This document shows, piece after piece, positions 40,240 through 53,983 of a DNA stretch of 64,000 nt. The position numbers and the translations under genes are program-made. The DNA is from the human T2T-CHM13v2.0 reference genome, Homo sapiens. The stretch is taken from NCBI GenBank assembly GCA_009914755.4, contig CP068257.2, positions 25,952,001 through 26,016,000 on the forward strand, written 5' to 3'. Each line of letters starts with the position of its first letter. Within the stretch, counting starts at the first letter, position 1. Below the pieces are notes generated by a model. The model was not told the origin of the DNA. It worked only from the letters and a program-made list of their open reading frames with translations, and made no database searches.

Positions 40240-41185
40240 ACATAATGGAGAGGACACCACTAATCATCAGGCAAATGCAAATCAAAACCACAGTGAGATA
40301 TACTGTCACACCAAACAGGATGGCTATTCTCAAAAAGACAAAAAATAACAAATGCTCATGAGGATGTCGAGAAATGGGAACTCTTATGCATTGTTGGTGG
40401 GAATGTAAACTAGTACAGCCATTATGAAGAACAGCTAAAGATTCCTTTAAAACTACCTATAGGACTACCATATGATCCAGCAATCCCACTACTGGGCATT
40501 TATTCAAAAGAAAGGAAGTCAGTATATTGAAAAGACATTTGTACCTTCGTGTTTATTGCAGCACTATTCACAATAGCCAAAGTATGGAATCTGCCAAGGT
40601 GGCCAGCTTTCAGATACATGGACTTTAAAATGTGGTACATATACACAATGGAATACTATTCAACCATAAAAAATGAACTCTTGTCATTTGCAGCAACATG
40701 GATGAAACTGGAAGAACTCTGGAAGGCATTATGTTAAGTAAAATAAGCGATGTTGTCACTAATGTGTGGAAGCTAAAAAAAATTTAAAAGATGACCTCAT
40801 AGAAGTAAAAATAGAAGAGAGGATATTAGAGGTTAGAAAATGTAGGGGAAAAAGAGATAGAGACAGATTTATTAAAGATTACAAAATTACAGCTAGATAA
40901 GAGGAATAATTTTTAGTGTTCTATAGCACCATAAAATGACTATAGTTAACAATAATATATTCCATAGTTTCAAATAGCTAGAAGGATGATACTTAATGTT
41001 CCCAACACTAAGAAACAATAAATGTTTGAGATGACAGATATGCCAGTTACTGTGATCTGTATATGTGTATATAGTGATCTGTAATGATCACTATACATGG
41101 CACGTATCACAACATGGCTGTGTACTTCATAAATATGTAAGATTACTATATGTTAAATTAAAAATAGATTTAAAAACTGTTTGGA
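40240..41185 (+). mobile_element. 5'-truncated ancient L1 (L1MA/L1MB-like) 3' end
   Basis: '...caggcaaatgcaaatcaaaaccacagtgagatat...gttggtgggaatgtaaactagtacagccattatgaagaacag...ccatatgatccagcaatcccactactgggcatttattcaaaagaaaggaagtcagtatattgaaaagacatttgtaccttcgtgtttattgcagcactattcacaatagccaaagtatggaatc...tggtacatatacacaatggaatactattcaaccataaaaaatgaactcttgtcatttgcagcaacatggatgaaactggaag...tgactatagttaacaataatatattc...cataaatatgtaagattactatatgttaaattaaaaata'. Confidence 0.75.
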
Positions 41186-41664
41186 TGTTCAAAATGAAAG
41201 AAACACTACAATGCCTTCAGAGGTGGATCTTTCACAGTTCTATTCTCAATACAAATAAAAACTGGGACTTTTTCAGTTAAGAGCACGCAAGGCAACCAAA
41301 GACAAAACAGGATCATGCAAATACATTGAGATACCTGCCACTGTTTAATACACACCAGAATACATAGAAAAGCTCATTGTTAGTCCATATGTTCTTTCTT
41401 GAAGTAAACTGAAATACTATTTGAATTAGCTCAGCAGAAAGAAGAACAAATTTTAATGATAACGAGCTATTTTCCAAAAATGAGACTAAGAAAGCAGTAA
41501 ATAATAATTTACTGCATATCCTATAAATGTGCGCAATTATTATGTACCAATAAAAAAATGTTTGAAAAAGAAAAATAGCAGATTGCTCAAAATTAAGGAA
41601 ACAACATAATGCCTTCAGGGAACGTAATAAGGGGATCTTGTTTCTACAAGGACTCCCTTTAGAT

Positions 41665-41851
41665 CAGGGTTTCTCAAACTTGGCACTATTGACATTCTGA
41701 GCTGGATAATTCTTTGCAGCAGGAGGTTGTCCATGTAAGGTTTTCAGCAACGTCTCTGGCATTTATCCACTGGATGCCAGGAACACTTTCATTTAGTTGT
41801 GATAGCCAAAAACTTCCTGAAGGCAAAATTGCCCCTGGTTAAAAACTGCTG
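41665..41851 (+). mobile_element. hAT-Charlie-type non-autonomous DNA transposon (MER3/MER33-like MITE, ~187 bp)
   Basis: Terminal inverted repeats are 'cagggtttctcaaac...' and '...ggttaaaaactgctg'. The internal sequence is '...ttggcactattgacattctgagctggataattctttgcagcaggaggttgtccatgtaaggttttcagcaacgtctctggcatttatccactggatgccaggaac...agccaaaaacttcctgaaggcaaaattgcccctgg', which is characteristic of this family. The 8-bp target-site duplications are 'ctttagat' (41657-41664) and 'ctatagat' (41852-41859), matching at 7 of 8 positions. Confidence 0.6.
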
Positions 41852-43135
41852 CTATAGATACACACACAGATTGTCAGGTATTAGATGAATATAGACATTA
41901 GATGCAGATAACTATAGATGGAGACATATACAATATATATATATATGTACTGGTGTAGGTACTACTTGCTTCTCATCATGACTTCATTTTCAAAGTGATA
42001 AATGTGAACATAGAGTCTCACAATTTAAAATTTAGTACCTGGACATAAAATAGTTTTAGACATTTTTCTCATGCCATGTTCAAAAATCTCAGGGACTGAT
42101 TGATTCTTTTTGGTTCACATGCCTCCCTCAGATCAATGAACTTTACTCAGGGTATATGGAGTAATATAAATACAGTAAATCCTAACAAAATACGTAAGGA
42201 TGGTGTCGTGAGAGGAGTAATTAAAAGAAAGAGTCAATGCTGTTCCCCTAAAACAGAAGATTACAAAGAACCTAAATGAAATGGAAGAGGGAATGCTATT
42301 ACACAATTTAATATAGGAGATTTTTCTGAGCAGAAAGCAGACAGAGGTCTTCAATGTGAAAGGGCTTCACCAACCTCCTAAAAAAATTAACAAAAATAAA
42401 TACATAGATTGATGTCTAGCATATCAGTTCAATGTATCAACTAAAAAATCTCAAGAGAAAAGACAGTTTACCTACAACAGAATGAGTATTAATTTATATT
42501 ATTAATCTCATCTACAGTAGCTCAAAATAGAAGAAAATGGAGCTTTAATTTTCTGAGGGGAGTTGTTTTCAACCTATAATTTTATACCTATCAATCAATG
42601 AAAATAACTGGGAAATGAAGGTATTTTAAGAACTCAAAACTTTCAGCTCACTTCATCCAGTTTAAGGATTTAATGGTGAATTTGTTTGTAAAGATAAGCA
42701 GGAAAAAAGAAAACATGAGGAGGGGACAACGGATTCAATGAAGTAGAAAAGCAAAGGGAAGACCCAGAAGGACATTTGTGCTGAGAACCTAAATTGCAAC
42801 AAATCTAGACTAGAACAGGAAATAGCCATAGAGAAAAGCGTCTTTCATGGGATGGTACAAAGAATATTTTAGATATTATTGAAAGTATGACAATGTAATT
42901 GTTTAAGAAAAATAAAGGTCATCACTAACTCTAAAGAAAACAAGCTACAAGAGGATGTGAAGCCTATACAAAGAAAATTAAAAGAAGTCATAGTATACAT
43001 ACGTAACTAACCTGCATGTTGTGCACATGTACCCTAAAACTTCAAGTATAATAAAAAAGAAAAAAGAAGTCATAATGTTGAGCTATTGCTGGAAAATTCA
43101 TAGAAATATATTTCCAAATATTCTCCTTTAACTGA

Positions 43136-43518
<383 letters not shown>

Positions 43519-43589
43519 AACAATAATATTCTTTTTAAAAAAGTCAAATTTTCTCTTTCTGGTTCAGATCGGTTAAATAATAATTTACA

Positions 43590-44000
43590 TATCTTAAGAT
43601 TCACCTTTTTTAGATGTACAGTGCTATGAGGTTGATAAATGTATACAGTTCTGGAACCAATACCACAAATAAGATATGGAATATTCATTTCATCTCAAAA
43701 AATTTGTTCATGTGGATTTGTATGGTTCTCCTCACAATCACTGATCTCGTTTCTGTCCCATTATTTTTTCAGAATGTCATATCAATGCAATGAGACAGTA
43801 GAGAGTCTTTTCTTGTATAGCTTCTTTCACAAGAATACTGTCTTGGGATTTATCCACATAATTAAATCTATCAGAAGTGTGTTTCCTTTTATCACTGATA
43901 AATATTTCATCTTATGGAAATACAAGTATTTTTAGGTATTCATCACTTGATATGTACTTAATTTATTTTCATGTTTTTGGCAATGTATTTATCAGGATCC
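43590..44000 (-). mobile_element. Possible ancient L1 (L1M/L1ME-like) fragment
   Basis: Weak resemblance of '...ggtattcatcacttgatatgtacttaatttattttcatgtttttggcaatgtatttatcagg' to the reverse complement of the mammalian L1 '...CATCTGTTGATGGACATTTGGGTTGTTTCCACTTTTTGGCTATTATGAATAA...' region. The alignment was done by eye only. Confidence 0.25.
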
Positions 44001-46848
44001 CATCAGAAGAGATGGAGTTTCAATAACTGAATAACAGATTTCAGAAAAATTATGAAAAAAAATTATAGACATGTTAATATAAAAAGTATAATTTTAGTGC
44101 ATCGGTTTCTAGTTCAAGGGGTCATAAAATCTCAACCAGATTTTAATAAACTATGATAACAGCCTTCAGATGGAAAGCAGGTCACATAAAAAAAAACTGG
44201 GAATTAGAATGGCATGGTAATTCTCACAGGAAGCACTAACTACAGAGTCTGAGTAAAAATATTTTTCACCCATCCTATACTGATACATCTTAGAAAATAC
44301 AGCATCATAAATGGAATATTGGTAGAAATACGAGCATTAAAGGCATGCCTAGTGAGGGTTCATAAAGAAATGAGGAAAATGCTTATTAGAAAGTGGAGGA
44401 AAAGTAATCGTTATTATGTAGTAGCAGAAAGCTTGGCGGAATTGTGTCCTACAGTTAGTTATGTGGAAAGCAGAACCTATAGGAAATGAACTTTAATATC
44501 TAGCTGAGGGGATTTCCAAGCAATGTGCTGAAGGTAGAGCCTTGTTTCTTCCCATTGCTTACAGTGAAATGTGAGAAAAGAGAGAGATTGACGGAAGCAG
44601 TGTTAGGAAAAAGGGAAACAGGACCTGATGACTTGGGAAATTCTCAGCCAATCCAGATTGCAAAGGCACTAAAATTAGGAGATTCATAATCAAGAAAGCC
44701 TGTTCTGGACAGAAAGCCAAGGTGTGGCTGGACAACCTTTTGCTAGTACTTTGGAAGGATCAAAGGATCAGAGTATTCAATTACACACATGGCCTTTTGA
44801 AAGGATTAGAGCAGTGAATCATGGTTCCCCTCAGCCCTCCAAGCAGAAGCCAGGAATAGAGATGGTATTATAAAAAAAAGATTTGTGGATGAGCCTCTTG
44901 TCTAGTGGAGAGAATCCCTGAAACATACAGGGAATATTTGCAAGATTCTTAAGAATGTTGTGCCAACAGACATACTCAATGTCAGCTTGAACTAAAAGGG
45001 AGACAGAACAAAAGGAGGGAAGGCTATTGAATTCTCCAAATTCTACATGTAGAAAACAAATTGATAAAACTACTCAGCTGCAAACATGTAGAGTCTCTAC
45101 AATAGCAGCAGAGCCAGGAAACACAGAGAATGATTCTCAAGCTTTGAAACCTAATGTTGAATGCAAAAACAGATTTTGAAATTGCTCAGCTCTGGTGATT
45201 CCTTTTGTGAACTGGATATCTATTAGTGTTATCTGATCCCTATCTCACCATAGTATTTTAGGAGGCAATATCATGTTTTATAGTTTCACAGATCTCCCAA
45301 CGGAGAATAATTTTGCCCCAGAGTGGATAATAGTGAACGCCCTAACCATGACTAATTTAGATAAATTAGATTACAAGATTTGGGCCTTCCATGATAATGA
45401 GACCTATATCCTAATTTCTGGAACCTGTGAATATGTTGTGTGTAAAGTACGAGACTCTGGGGATATTAAGTTAAGGATCTGGAGATGGAGAGATTATTCT
45501 GGATTATTTGGGTAGACCCAATGTAATCATGAAGGTCCTACAAAAGGGAGGCAGGGGTGTAAGAATCAGAAAAGACCATGTGATTGAAGATTGGAACTGA
45601 AAGAGAGAGAGTGATTAGCAGATATTTGCTGTTGGCTTTGAAGATATAAGATAGGCCACTTCTACAAGTCAAGGATGCAGAAAGTATCTAGAAGCTAGAA
45701 AAGGCAAGGAAACAAATTTTTCTGTAAAACCTTTAAAAGGAATGCAGTTCTATTGATCAATTTTAGACTTCTAACCTCCAGAACTGCATGATAATGCATT
45801 TGTATTATTTTAAGACGTTAAGTTGTGGCTTCCCCTTCCTAACTCCACCCGTACTACCACAGCCACCTTGTCCCTCTCCCATTCTCCTACCTTAGGGTAG
45901 AAGGAATAGAGGAAAAATAAACAGAAACCAGAAATTTTAATGCAATATGAAAGATGTGTTTTATGGAGTTTTCAGAAACTTGAAACAATTCAATAGAGGG
46001 GTTTATCAGAGTTCTTAGATTGGGGCCCCATTGGTGTCTTTCCTTCATAGGATAGATGTAAACAGGGTGGACACTGGACCACACGGCAGTGTATTAAACT
46101 GGTGAGTGTCGTTCGGGGGCTCTATGTCCCATTCTGCAATGTAAGGAACCGCCATGTAAGTAGAAGGTTAAGTAATGCTGTCGGGTTTACCAGTCTGGCT
46201 AAAAGTCACAGTAGGAGATCCAGACACAGGTATCCTTCTGGAAAATACTTGAAGAGGAGGCTTTCTCAAAGCAAAAGTCTCCAGGCCAATACAAAGAAAT
46301 TTGTATTGTTTTAAATCATCAACTTTGTGGTAATATTTTACAATAGCAGTAGGGTGCTAATATATCATCCATACTATTAATCTAGGGTGAAAGCAACATA
46401 AAATTACCCTCAGATATAGCTAGATCCCAAAATTCATTTTATGTACTCTTTTTCTAGGAGGATCTTGAAGGACGTGTCTTCCAAACAGAGTATAGTTCCA
46501 AAGAAGACATGGTATCCCAGCAACCAAATGTACAACACAGGAGACAGATGAATTTCTCATTCTTGTAGGCTACCATTTCTTTTGGCTTATTACAAAACAA
46601 CAGGATGCTGCAGCTTTATCAAAGTCTACTTATTTGTCCACTAAAAGTTTATGGCTATACGTTTCCAACTAGAACATCTGAACACCAATATATGGAATTC
46701 TGACAAAGTTAAAACCAGGAAGAGATCCTATGAAGGCTGACATTTTGTACATCTGTTTTATAGAACAATAAAAATAAGAAGAACAAGAATAAGAACAGCA
46801 ACAACATTTGCAGTGAGTCTGCTCTCTATCAATGAGTTAAATTCTTTA

Positions 46849-46878
46849 ACACACACATACGCACACACACACACACAA
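46849..46878. repeat. (CA)n microsatellite
   Basis: acacacacatacgcacacacacacacacaa. Confidence 0.9.
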
Positions 46879-49624
46879 AATGGGTTTGATATCATTTGGT
46901 TATTAATCACATGTATAGATAAGGAAACTAGATTTAGAAAAGTGACATAACATGCCAATGTCATTATATTATTGAAAAAAGAAATTCAATGAGAATTGAT
47001 GTATTTCTATTTATAATTTAGGGCTATTGTGCCAGCTTCATACTAGAAACCACCAACTCTTATCACACAGGAAAAAAAAATCCAGTTTTACTTAAAGAAT
47101 AAGGAAAAGACAGAATTAGCCACAAAATCAAATATCCCCATATGCCTAGCTGAAATCTCATTAGTGTCACAATCATTTTAAAAATTTAAAATAAGACCAC
47201 TCACCTGGAGGTAAAGAGCCAGAGCATATATTTACTTGCCATGAAAAATGTTTTTCTTATACATAGTGCCTAAGAAGTATGGGATTTTATTTCCTTTTTC
47301 ACAGCTGGAAAGGCTTAGTAACCAATTCACTTTTTGTAGTGTAATATCATCTGGTTTTAGGCAGTGCCAGAAAAGAAATGAAAAAACAATTGAGCAAAAT
47401 ATATGGCTTTAAATGAATGTAAACCATGTGCATGGGTTTCATATCAAATTCTGAAATGTTTTTTCAGTTTGAATGTGAAACTATCTAATAAGGACAACAT
47501 TCTAGCTAGAGATCAATTAACTTATTTGTGATATTGCTTTTATTTAAAAGAGTAAGCAAATATGGACTGGGTGTCTATTATGTACTTGTTTCTATGATAC
47601 CTTTCATTTATTTTATAATACTAGGACTAACAACAATGCTATAGCATCATTTGAAGCAAGTATCCTGACTTCTGTGGTAGTTGTCTTGAGGGCTTTTTTC
47701 CTAACATTTTAAGAGAAAACTGAGTTAGGAAGATGTATTCCATCCAAAATATTTAAGCGAACTGACCTCTATAAGATGATGGATGCCAATAAGCTAATGG
47801 ATACATTCATTCTCTTTTCAAAGAGACAAAATCTTTTTAAAAACATTTATTACTATTTTGGTGCAATTAGAGAGGCAAAAGTCTAATTACAAGTAAAACT
47901 AAGAACACCAGAGTGTTACGTGAAATAGGTTGATTATAATAAAGGTGTTCTGGAAAGTTATAAAAGAGCTGCTGCTTTTGCTTCCAAAGCTCTAAAATAT
48001 TTAATAAATTAGAAAGAAAACACATTAGTTAAGTGTTAATTTCACTCAATTGTTTATCCTTAATTTCAATTTCCAGGGGGAAATTATTACTTGGTTTACA
48101 CAGCAGGATTTTTTTTAACCATACAGAAGTTTCAGGAAATTATTTTATAGAAGTAACGTTTCGACTACTAGTGGAAGGTGGCAGGTTGAGGATAGGAATT
48201 TACCTCCTTCCCTCCCAATATCCTGTGGAAATGAAGAAAAACTCATTTTAAGGTGTGTAAATCCAAAACATAGTTCTGGAAAGCAAGAAAGAGTGCTATT
48301 AATTCATTGCACTAATTTTGAGGACTTTCCAGAGCATAACACTGATATTGGATTAAAGGAGCAACAGAGTAGGAACAGTATAACCCAAAACAAATGCAAG
48401 ATCATTGTATTGGAGAGAGTCATCCTTCCCATCTCTACTTTAGAGAAACTAAACTCTAAGTCAACATTCACAAAGAACAGGGAATGATCCTAGGGACATT
48501 TAAAGGCAGAACCTATAGAAGGTTCTATAAAGGCTTCCATAAAGTCTATAGAAGAATTTAGCCTAATGTAACTCCCCGTCCTGATCACCGGCTATACAGA
48601 TGAGTGAGATATTCTTTTGTCAACTGCTTTACTGACCTCTTCCCATATACCCAAGCTTTATATTAGAGTTCCACAGTGCTAGGTAATGTGCTGTTTATTA
48701 TTCTCTATCATCTCTCCAACTTGATTTAAACTTTCTGTATTGCTTAAGTATCATCTATCTCTTGAAGACTTCCATTTTTCAAGTTTCCAACTCATAGCTA
48801 GATTTGAAGTCTGATTGCCTACTGACATGCCTACTTTGATGTTTCAGGGCTTCTGTAGTGACTACTCATTGGTCAGGGTTCATTCACCCATTTTGTAGTA
48901 ACAATTCATCAATCACCCTTCAGAGAATCAGTAGTTTTCCAATCTTCCCATGTTGTTCAAATTAGGTTGATTTCTTTTCTGCTCCAAGCATCAACCTATA
49001 TTCCATATTTAGTCAATCACATGAATCAGTTCTGATCAATGAGAGACAAATAAGTGGTTTTTGCAAAAGATATTTAAAAAAAAGAAAACATTACTGGGGT
49101 GGACAAGGTGAAAATAATATAAGCATGGATTTTAAAGGGCACATGCATGCACACACACATACGAGGACACATATAGAGACACAGGGCCCAGTGTAGAGGG
49201 ACAAAGACAAAATTGTTACAAAACAATTTGAACCTCATCTTCTAATGTCTTCCTCACATTATCACATTTTTGTCACCTTTGAGATGTTGCCATGTAGTTG
49301 GATTTCTCTTTACCAGGAATGCTCTGTGATCTTGGTCTTTGCCTAGCTGTTTCCTTCTCAAACTTCAGGACTCAGTTTAAATACTAACTCAAGAGAGATT
49401 TTGCTCAACTATCACTCAAAATGGCACCATCAACATTCTCTATAAAGGCTAGAAGATGTGGCTGCTATATCACTGTGTAGTGGTTTCATTCATTTGTTTA
49501 TTTTTATTATCTGTCTTTTCCCTTGAAATTCAAGCTCCGAGTCAGTAGGCACCAAGTCTGTGCTGTTCCCTGTTATAGTCCTAGAAGCTAGATTAGTGAC
49601 TGGCACCTAGTGTGCTCACTAAAT

Positions 49625-49925
49625 TTTTTTCTTTTTTTTTTTTGAGATGGAGTTTTGCTCTTGTTGCCCAGGCTGGAGTGCAATGGCGCCACCTCGGCTT
49701 AGATGTCAGCCTCCCGAGTAGCTGATTCTCCTGTGTCAGCCTCCCGAGTAGCTGGGATTACAAGCATGTGCCACCATGCCTCAGCTAATTTTGTACTTTT
49801 AGTAGAGATGCGGTTTCTCCATGTTGGTCAGACTGGTCTCAAACTCCTGACCTCAGGTGATCGGTCCACCTCGGCCTCCCAAAGTGCTGGGATGGGATTA
49901 CAGGCATGAGCCATCATGCCTGGCC
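49625..49925 (-). mobile_element. Alu, minus orientation, with internal rearrangement
   Basis: Poly-T, then the reverse-complemented Alu ending '...gccatcatgcctggcc'. The middle carries a duplicated 'tcagcctcccgagtagctg' block that replaces the usual '...cactgcaacctccgcctcccgggttcaagc'. There is also an extra 'ggat' in 'gtgctgggatgggattacagg'. Target-site duplication 'tcactaaat' at 49616-49624 and 49926-49934. Confidence 0.85.
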
Positions 49926-51575
49926 TCACTAAATATTTTCTAATGAATGAATTAATTAATTAATGAATAAAAACAAAAATTGTATAACTACCAAAACTTC
50001 AGAAGTTGAAGAAAGAGTCCTGAAATTATAAGTACACTAAATTCCTCATCTTATATAAAAAGGACTTAATAAATATTGCATAAAATTGGTAAATTTAAAA
50101 AGGAAGGTATAATTATATCAATGTTAGGATAGCAAATAGCAGAATAATTTATACTGAAACTTAACAGGCTTCCTTTCAAATGTAGAACTTGATTAATCAT
50201 AGTGTTAGTCTGCATAGTTTGGTATTTTTTTAATATGTGTGACTAAGGGTGAAGGTAAAGGAAGGAGGCTTTTAAAATTAATTAGATATGCCTCTGCTTT
50301 ATTTATTGACTTTTTCACATGTATTTACTTTTTTCACATGTATTTACTACTCTAAATTACAACAATCTTCATATCAATTTAGTTTAATTCATAGAATAAA
50401 TTCAACTCAGCACTAAAATCTGAAGTATTCCCTATACTATAAACTGATAAGCTTGTTTGTTTTATAACATAAATGAAAATTACTTAAAATATCTTACTAA
50501 AATTTTAATAAAAATTCATAGAAGTTGGATAATAAATCAGTATAAAGTACAGCCATGTATTTTATGTCACTGTTTTCAAGACACTAGCATATCTAAGGAT
50601 GATCAATACTTTGGTCCTGCTCTAAGGAAGAAGAAAAACAGAAAAAAGCTGACATTCATTTAGAAGCTACCTGTATGTGGCCCTCTGCTATGTCCTTGTC
50701 CTTCATAAATTCACACAACAACCCTGAGAGAAGATTTTGTAGTGAAAGGGACATTCAGATATTGGGAAACTACTCTAAGTTTCTACAGTTAAACATGTAA
50801 CAAAACTAGGTTTCACTTTTTTTTTTTTTCTGGCCTATTCTATTTCCCTATAACATATTGTTTTTATTACAAAAACATGAACATTTTGAAAATTTGTATT
50901 TAAAAGCGTAAGATGCTTACTTTAAGGTTTATTTTCATTTTATGCTATTTCTATTTGTCATTTAAATATGTGATGTTTCTTTATACCTATGTTGCCCTAA
51001 CATAAAGTATATTTTGGAGAAAATACGTTATATATTTATGGAGGTAGGCAGGTATGTATGTGTTTATCCAATTTATTTGGAGTGAAGTTGAGCACATTCC
51101 TTAGTATTTTTTTTTCAGTGAAAAATGTAGGACTATCTTCAATGGTAAAAAGTGAAGAAAAACATTAGTGGTTTTTGAAACACAATGTTTCAACAAACAT
51201 GTAAGTGAAATGTACTTCGGGCAATGAGATTTGTTGATTGTGTGATATAGACAGATATTTGTGAAGATGGATTTGGCTTTGGTAAAGGGAAATTAATTTA
51301 TAATATTTAAAATAGAGTTATTACAACTGATTATTACAAAATAATTTGACTTTTTACTTATGCCAACACTCAGATTCTGAAGAAAGCTCAGCAACATTGT
51401 GCAATATCAATTCTTTCCTACTCTTTGCATAAATAACATTTTTTCCATGTGCAGGAAATTTGCAAATTTCCAAATGGAGGATTTGAATATACTCATACTC
51501 CACTAACTAAAAACAGTTATATGTTTTTCATGAGCCCTATAGCAATTCTTATATTGGAAGATGCATATTGACCAG

Positions 51576-51943
51576 TGATGGTTTGGCTCTGTGTCCCTAC
51601 CCAAATCTCATCTTGAATTGTAATCACCATGCGTTGAGGGAGGGACATGTAATCCCCATGTGTGGAGGGAGGGTGTTGATTAAATCACCGGGGCAGTTTC
51701 CCCCATGCTGCTCTCATGATAGTGTGTGAGGTCTCAGGAGATCTGATGGTTTTATCAGTTTCTTGCATTCCCCTCTTACAATTCTATCTCCTGCTGCCAT
51801 ATGAAGGAGGTCCTTGCTTCCCTTTGCCTTCTGCCATAATTGCGAGTTTCCTGCAGCCTCCCCAGCTATGTGGAGCTGTGAGTCAATTAAACTTCCCTCC
51901 TTTATAAATTACCTAGTCTCTGGTGTGAGAATGAACTAATACA
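51576..51943 (+). mobile_element. THE1/MST-type (ERVL-MaLR) solo LTR
   Basis: Starts 'tgatggtttggctctgtgtccctacccaaatctcatcttgaattgtaatcaccatgcgttgagggagggacatg...' and ends '...ctgtgagtcaattaaacttccctcctttataaattacctagtctctggtgtgagaatgaactaataca'. Flanked by 'accag' and 'accac', a putative 5-bp target-site duplication matching at 4 of 5. Confidence 0.8.
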
Positions 51944-52631
51944 ACCACATAATCAAAAAGTCAAATCTGAAGGTCATGTTGAAAGAGATGCCACGGATTG
52001 TTTACCAAAAGCAAAAGAAAGGTAAAAATTAATCTGTCTGCTTCATGTATTTGTCCCCTAAGAGTGATATGGCTTTGAGATTTCCTCAATGAAAACATCC
52101 ATGTCATACTAATAAGGAAAAGTTATGTCTGAGTAAATTTAAATTATTATGTTTATTTAAATATTCAGATAACATTACTTTATATCACTAGTTAATATTA
52201 TTCAAAGTTTATTGATATTTAATTTCATATGGGATTGTCTTCAATAATTTGGAAAACTCTTCCAAATTTGACAATCTTCAAGTCTAAAGTTAGAGGTAAA
52301 GCAAATATGCGTGTAACTATGTAAAAATTATTTGAAAGCTAGTGTGTGTGTGTGTGCGTGTATATTTGAATCATGAGGTTCTTTGACACTTACCTTTTAC
52401 AAAAAAATTTGTATTATTTAGTTTTTAGTTCAGATTCTGGGATTGAAGACTTCAGAATACTTACATTGAGCATGCTAGGTAATTATCCTTTATGTTAGAG
52501 ATATGGGTTGGAAGTCAGAAAAAAAAAACAGGGAGAGTAGAGGACAACATGTTCATTCAGCTCATGTTCTCTCTTTATAAATAAGCAATTGAATACTAAG
52601 TACCTTACAAATTACTTCTATTGTTTGCATC

Positions 52632-52989
52632 CTGTTTTAGTCTGTTCTCACCCTGCTATTAAAAACATACCCAAGACTGGGTAATTTATAAAGGAAAGAG
52701 GTTTAATTGACTCATAGTTCCACATGGCTGGGAAGACCTCACAATCATGGTGGAAAGCGAATGAAGAGCAAAGTCATGTCTTACACAGCCGCAGGCAAGA
52801 GAGCTTGCGCAGGTGAACTCCCATGTATAAAACCATCAGATCTTGTGAGACTTATTCACTATCAGGAGAACAGTATGGGGGAGACTCCCCCATGATTCAA
52901 TTATCTCCACCTGGCCCCACCCTTGACATGTGGAGATTATTACCATTCAATGTGAGATTTGGATGGGGACACAGAGCCAAACCATATTA
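52632..52989 (-). mobile_element. THE1/MST-type (ERVL-MaLR) solo LTR, minus orientation
   Basis: This is the reverse complement of the THE1 consensus: 'tgttttagtctgttctcaccctgctattaaaaacatacccaagactgggtaatttataaaggaaagaggtttaattgactcatagttccacatggctgggaagacctcacaatcatggtggaaag...cccccatgattcaattatctccacctggccccacccttgacatgtggagattattaccattcaatgtgagatttggatggggacacagagccaaaccatatta'. Confidence 0.8.
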
Positions 52990-53651
52990 GGTGTTCAAAG
53001 TAAATAAGCCCTGAGAAACTCAAATAAAACCATTGATTAACATTAAGTACTTGTTATTGAAACAAAACACACAGCTATCCTTTTATAATTAAGTAAATAT
53101 TTAATGTCTGTGTTTATGTAGAAATATACACTATGTTGTAAATTTATGTGCAGGATTTTTTTTTAATTCTTCAATTAATTTTATGCCTGAAATTTCAAAT
53201 CATAGTTTTAAAGCTGAAATAGGTAAATAGGTGCTGAAATTCATTATGTTGATTTATGCTGAGTACATGTCCCAGTTACCAACTATTGCATGACAAATAA
53301 AAGCAAACTTAGTGCTGTAAAGAATGACTACTTTATTGTGTACCCAGATTCTGTAGGTCAAGAATTCAGTGTGCCAGCAGGAATGGCTTGTTTCTGATTC
53401 ATGGTATCTGGTGACTTAACAGGCAAGATTTCAATTGCTAGGAGTAACTGCAACCTAGAATCATCTGGATACTTTTTCATATACATGTCTGACAAAACCA
53501 GATTGGGAGGATTCAAAGACCAGGCTCAGGTGGGGCTGTCAACTGAGGATCTACCCTGGCTCCTGTCACAATTCCATGTGATGTGAACCTCACTGAAGCA
53601 TGTCACATTACAATAGTTGGTCTTTCTATATGGAAGCTTAAGGCTCTACTG

Positions 53652-53983
53652 TGATCAGAATGTTTGTACCCCCTCATAATTCATATGCTGAAATTCTCAC
53701 CTTCAAGGTGATGGTTAGGATGTGGGCCTTTGGGAAACTGATGAGGTCATGAAAGAGGAGCCCTCATAAATGGGATTTGTGCCTCTTTTCCCCTTCCCCC
53801 ATGTAAGGATATAGCAACAGGGCACCATCTATGAAAAAAGAAACAGGCCCTCAACAGACAAAATCTGTTGGCATCTTGATTTTGGACTTTCCAGCCTCTA
53901 TAAACATGAGGAATACATTTCTGTTGTTTATAAGCTGCCCAGTTTATGTTATTTTGTTATAGAAGCCTGAATGGACTAAGACA
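53652..53983 (+). mobile_element. ERVL-MaLR-type LTR 3' portion (MLT1-like; ends '...gaatggactaagaca')
   Basis: '...cagaatgtttgtaccccctcataattcatatgctgaaattctcaccttcaaggtgatggttaggatgtgggcctttgggaaactgatgaggtcatgaaagaggagccctcataaatgggatt...ccagcctctataaacatgaggaatacatttctgttgtttataagctgcccagtttatgttattttgttatagaagcctgaatggactaagaca'. Confidence 0.65.

Noticed and set aside
51576-52989. Two THE1 LTRs as the 5' and 3' LTRs of a single THE1 provirus
   Set aside because: They are in opposite orientation and only ~0.7 kb apart, whereas THE1 internal sequence is ~1.6 kb and proviral LTRs are direct repeats. They are treated as independent solo LTRs or a rearrangement.
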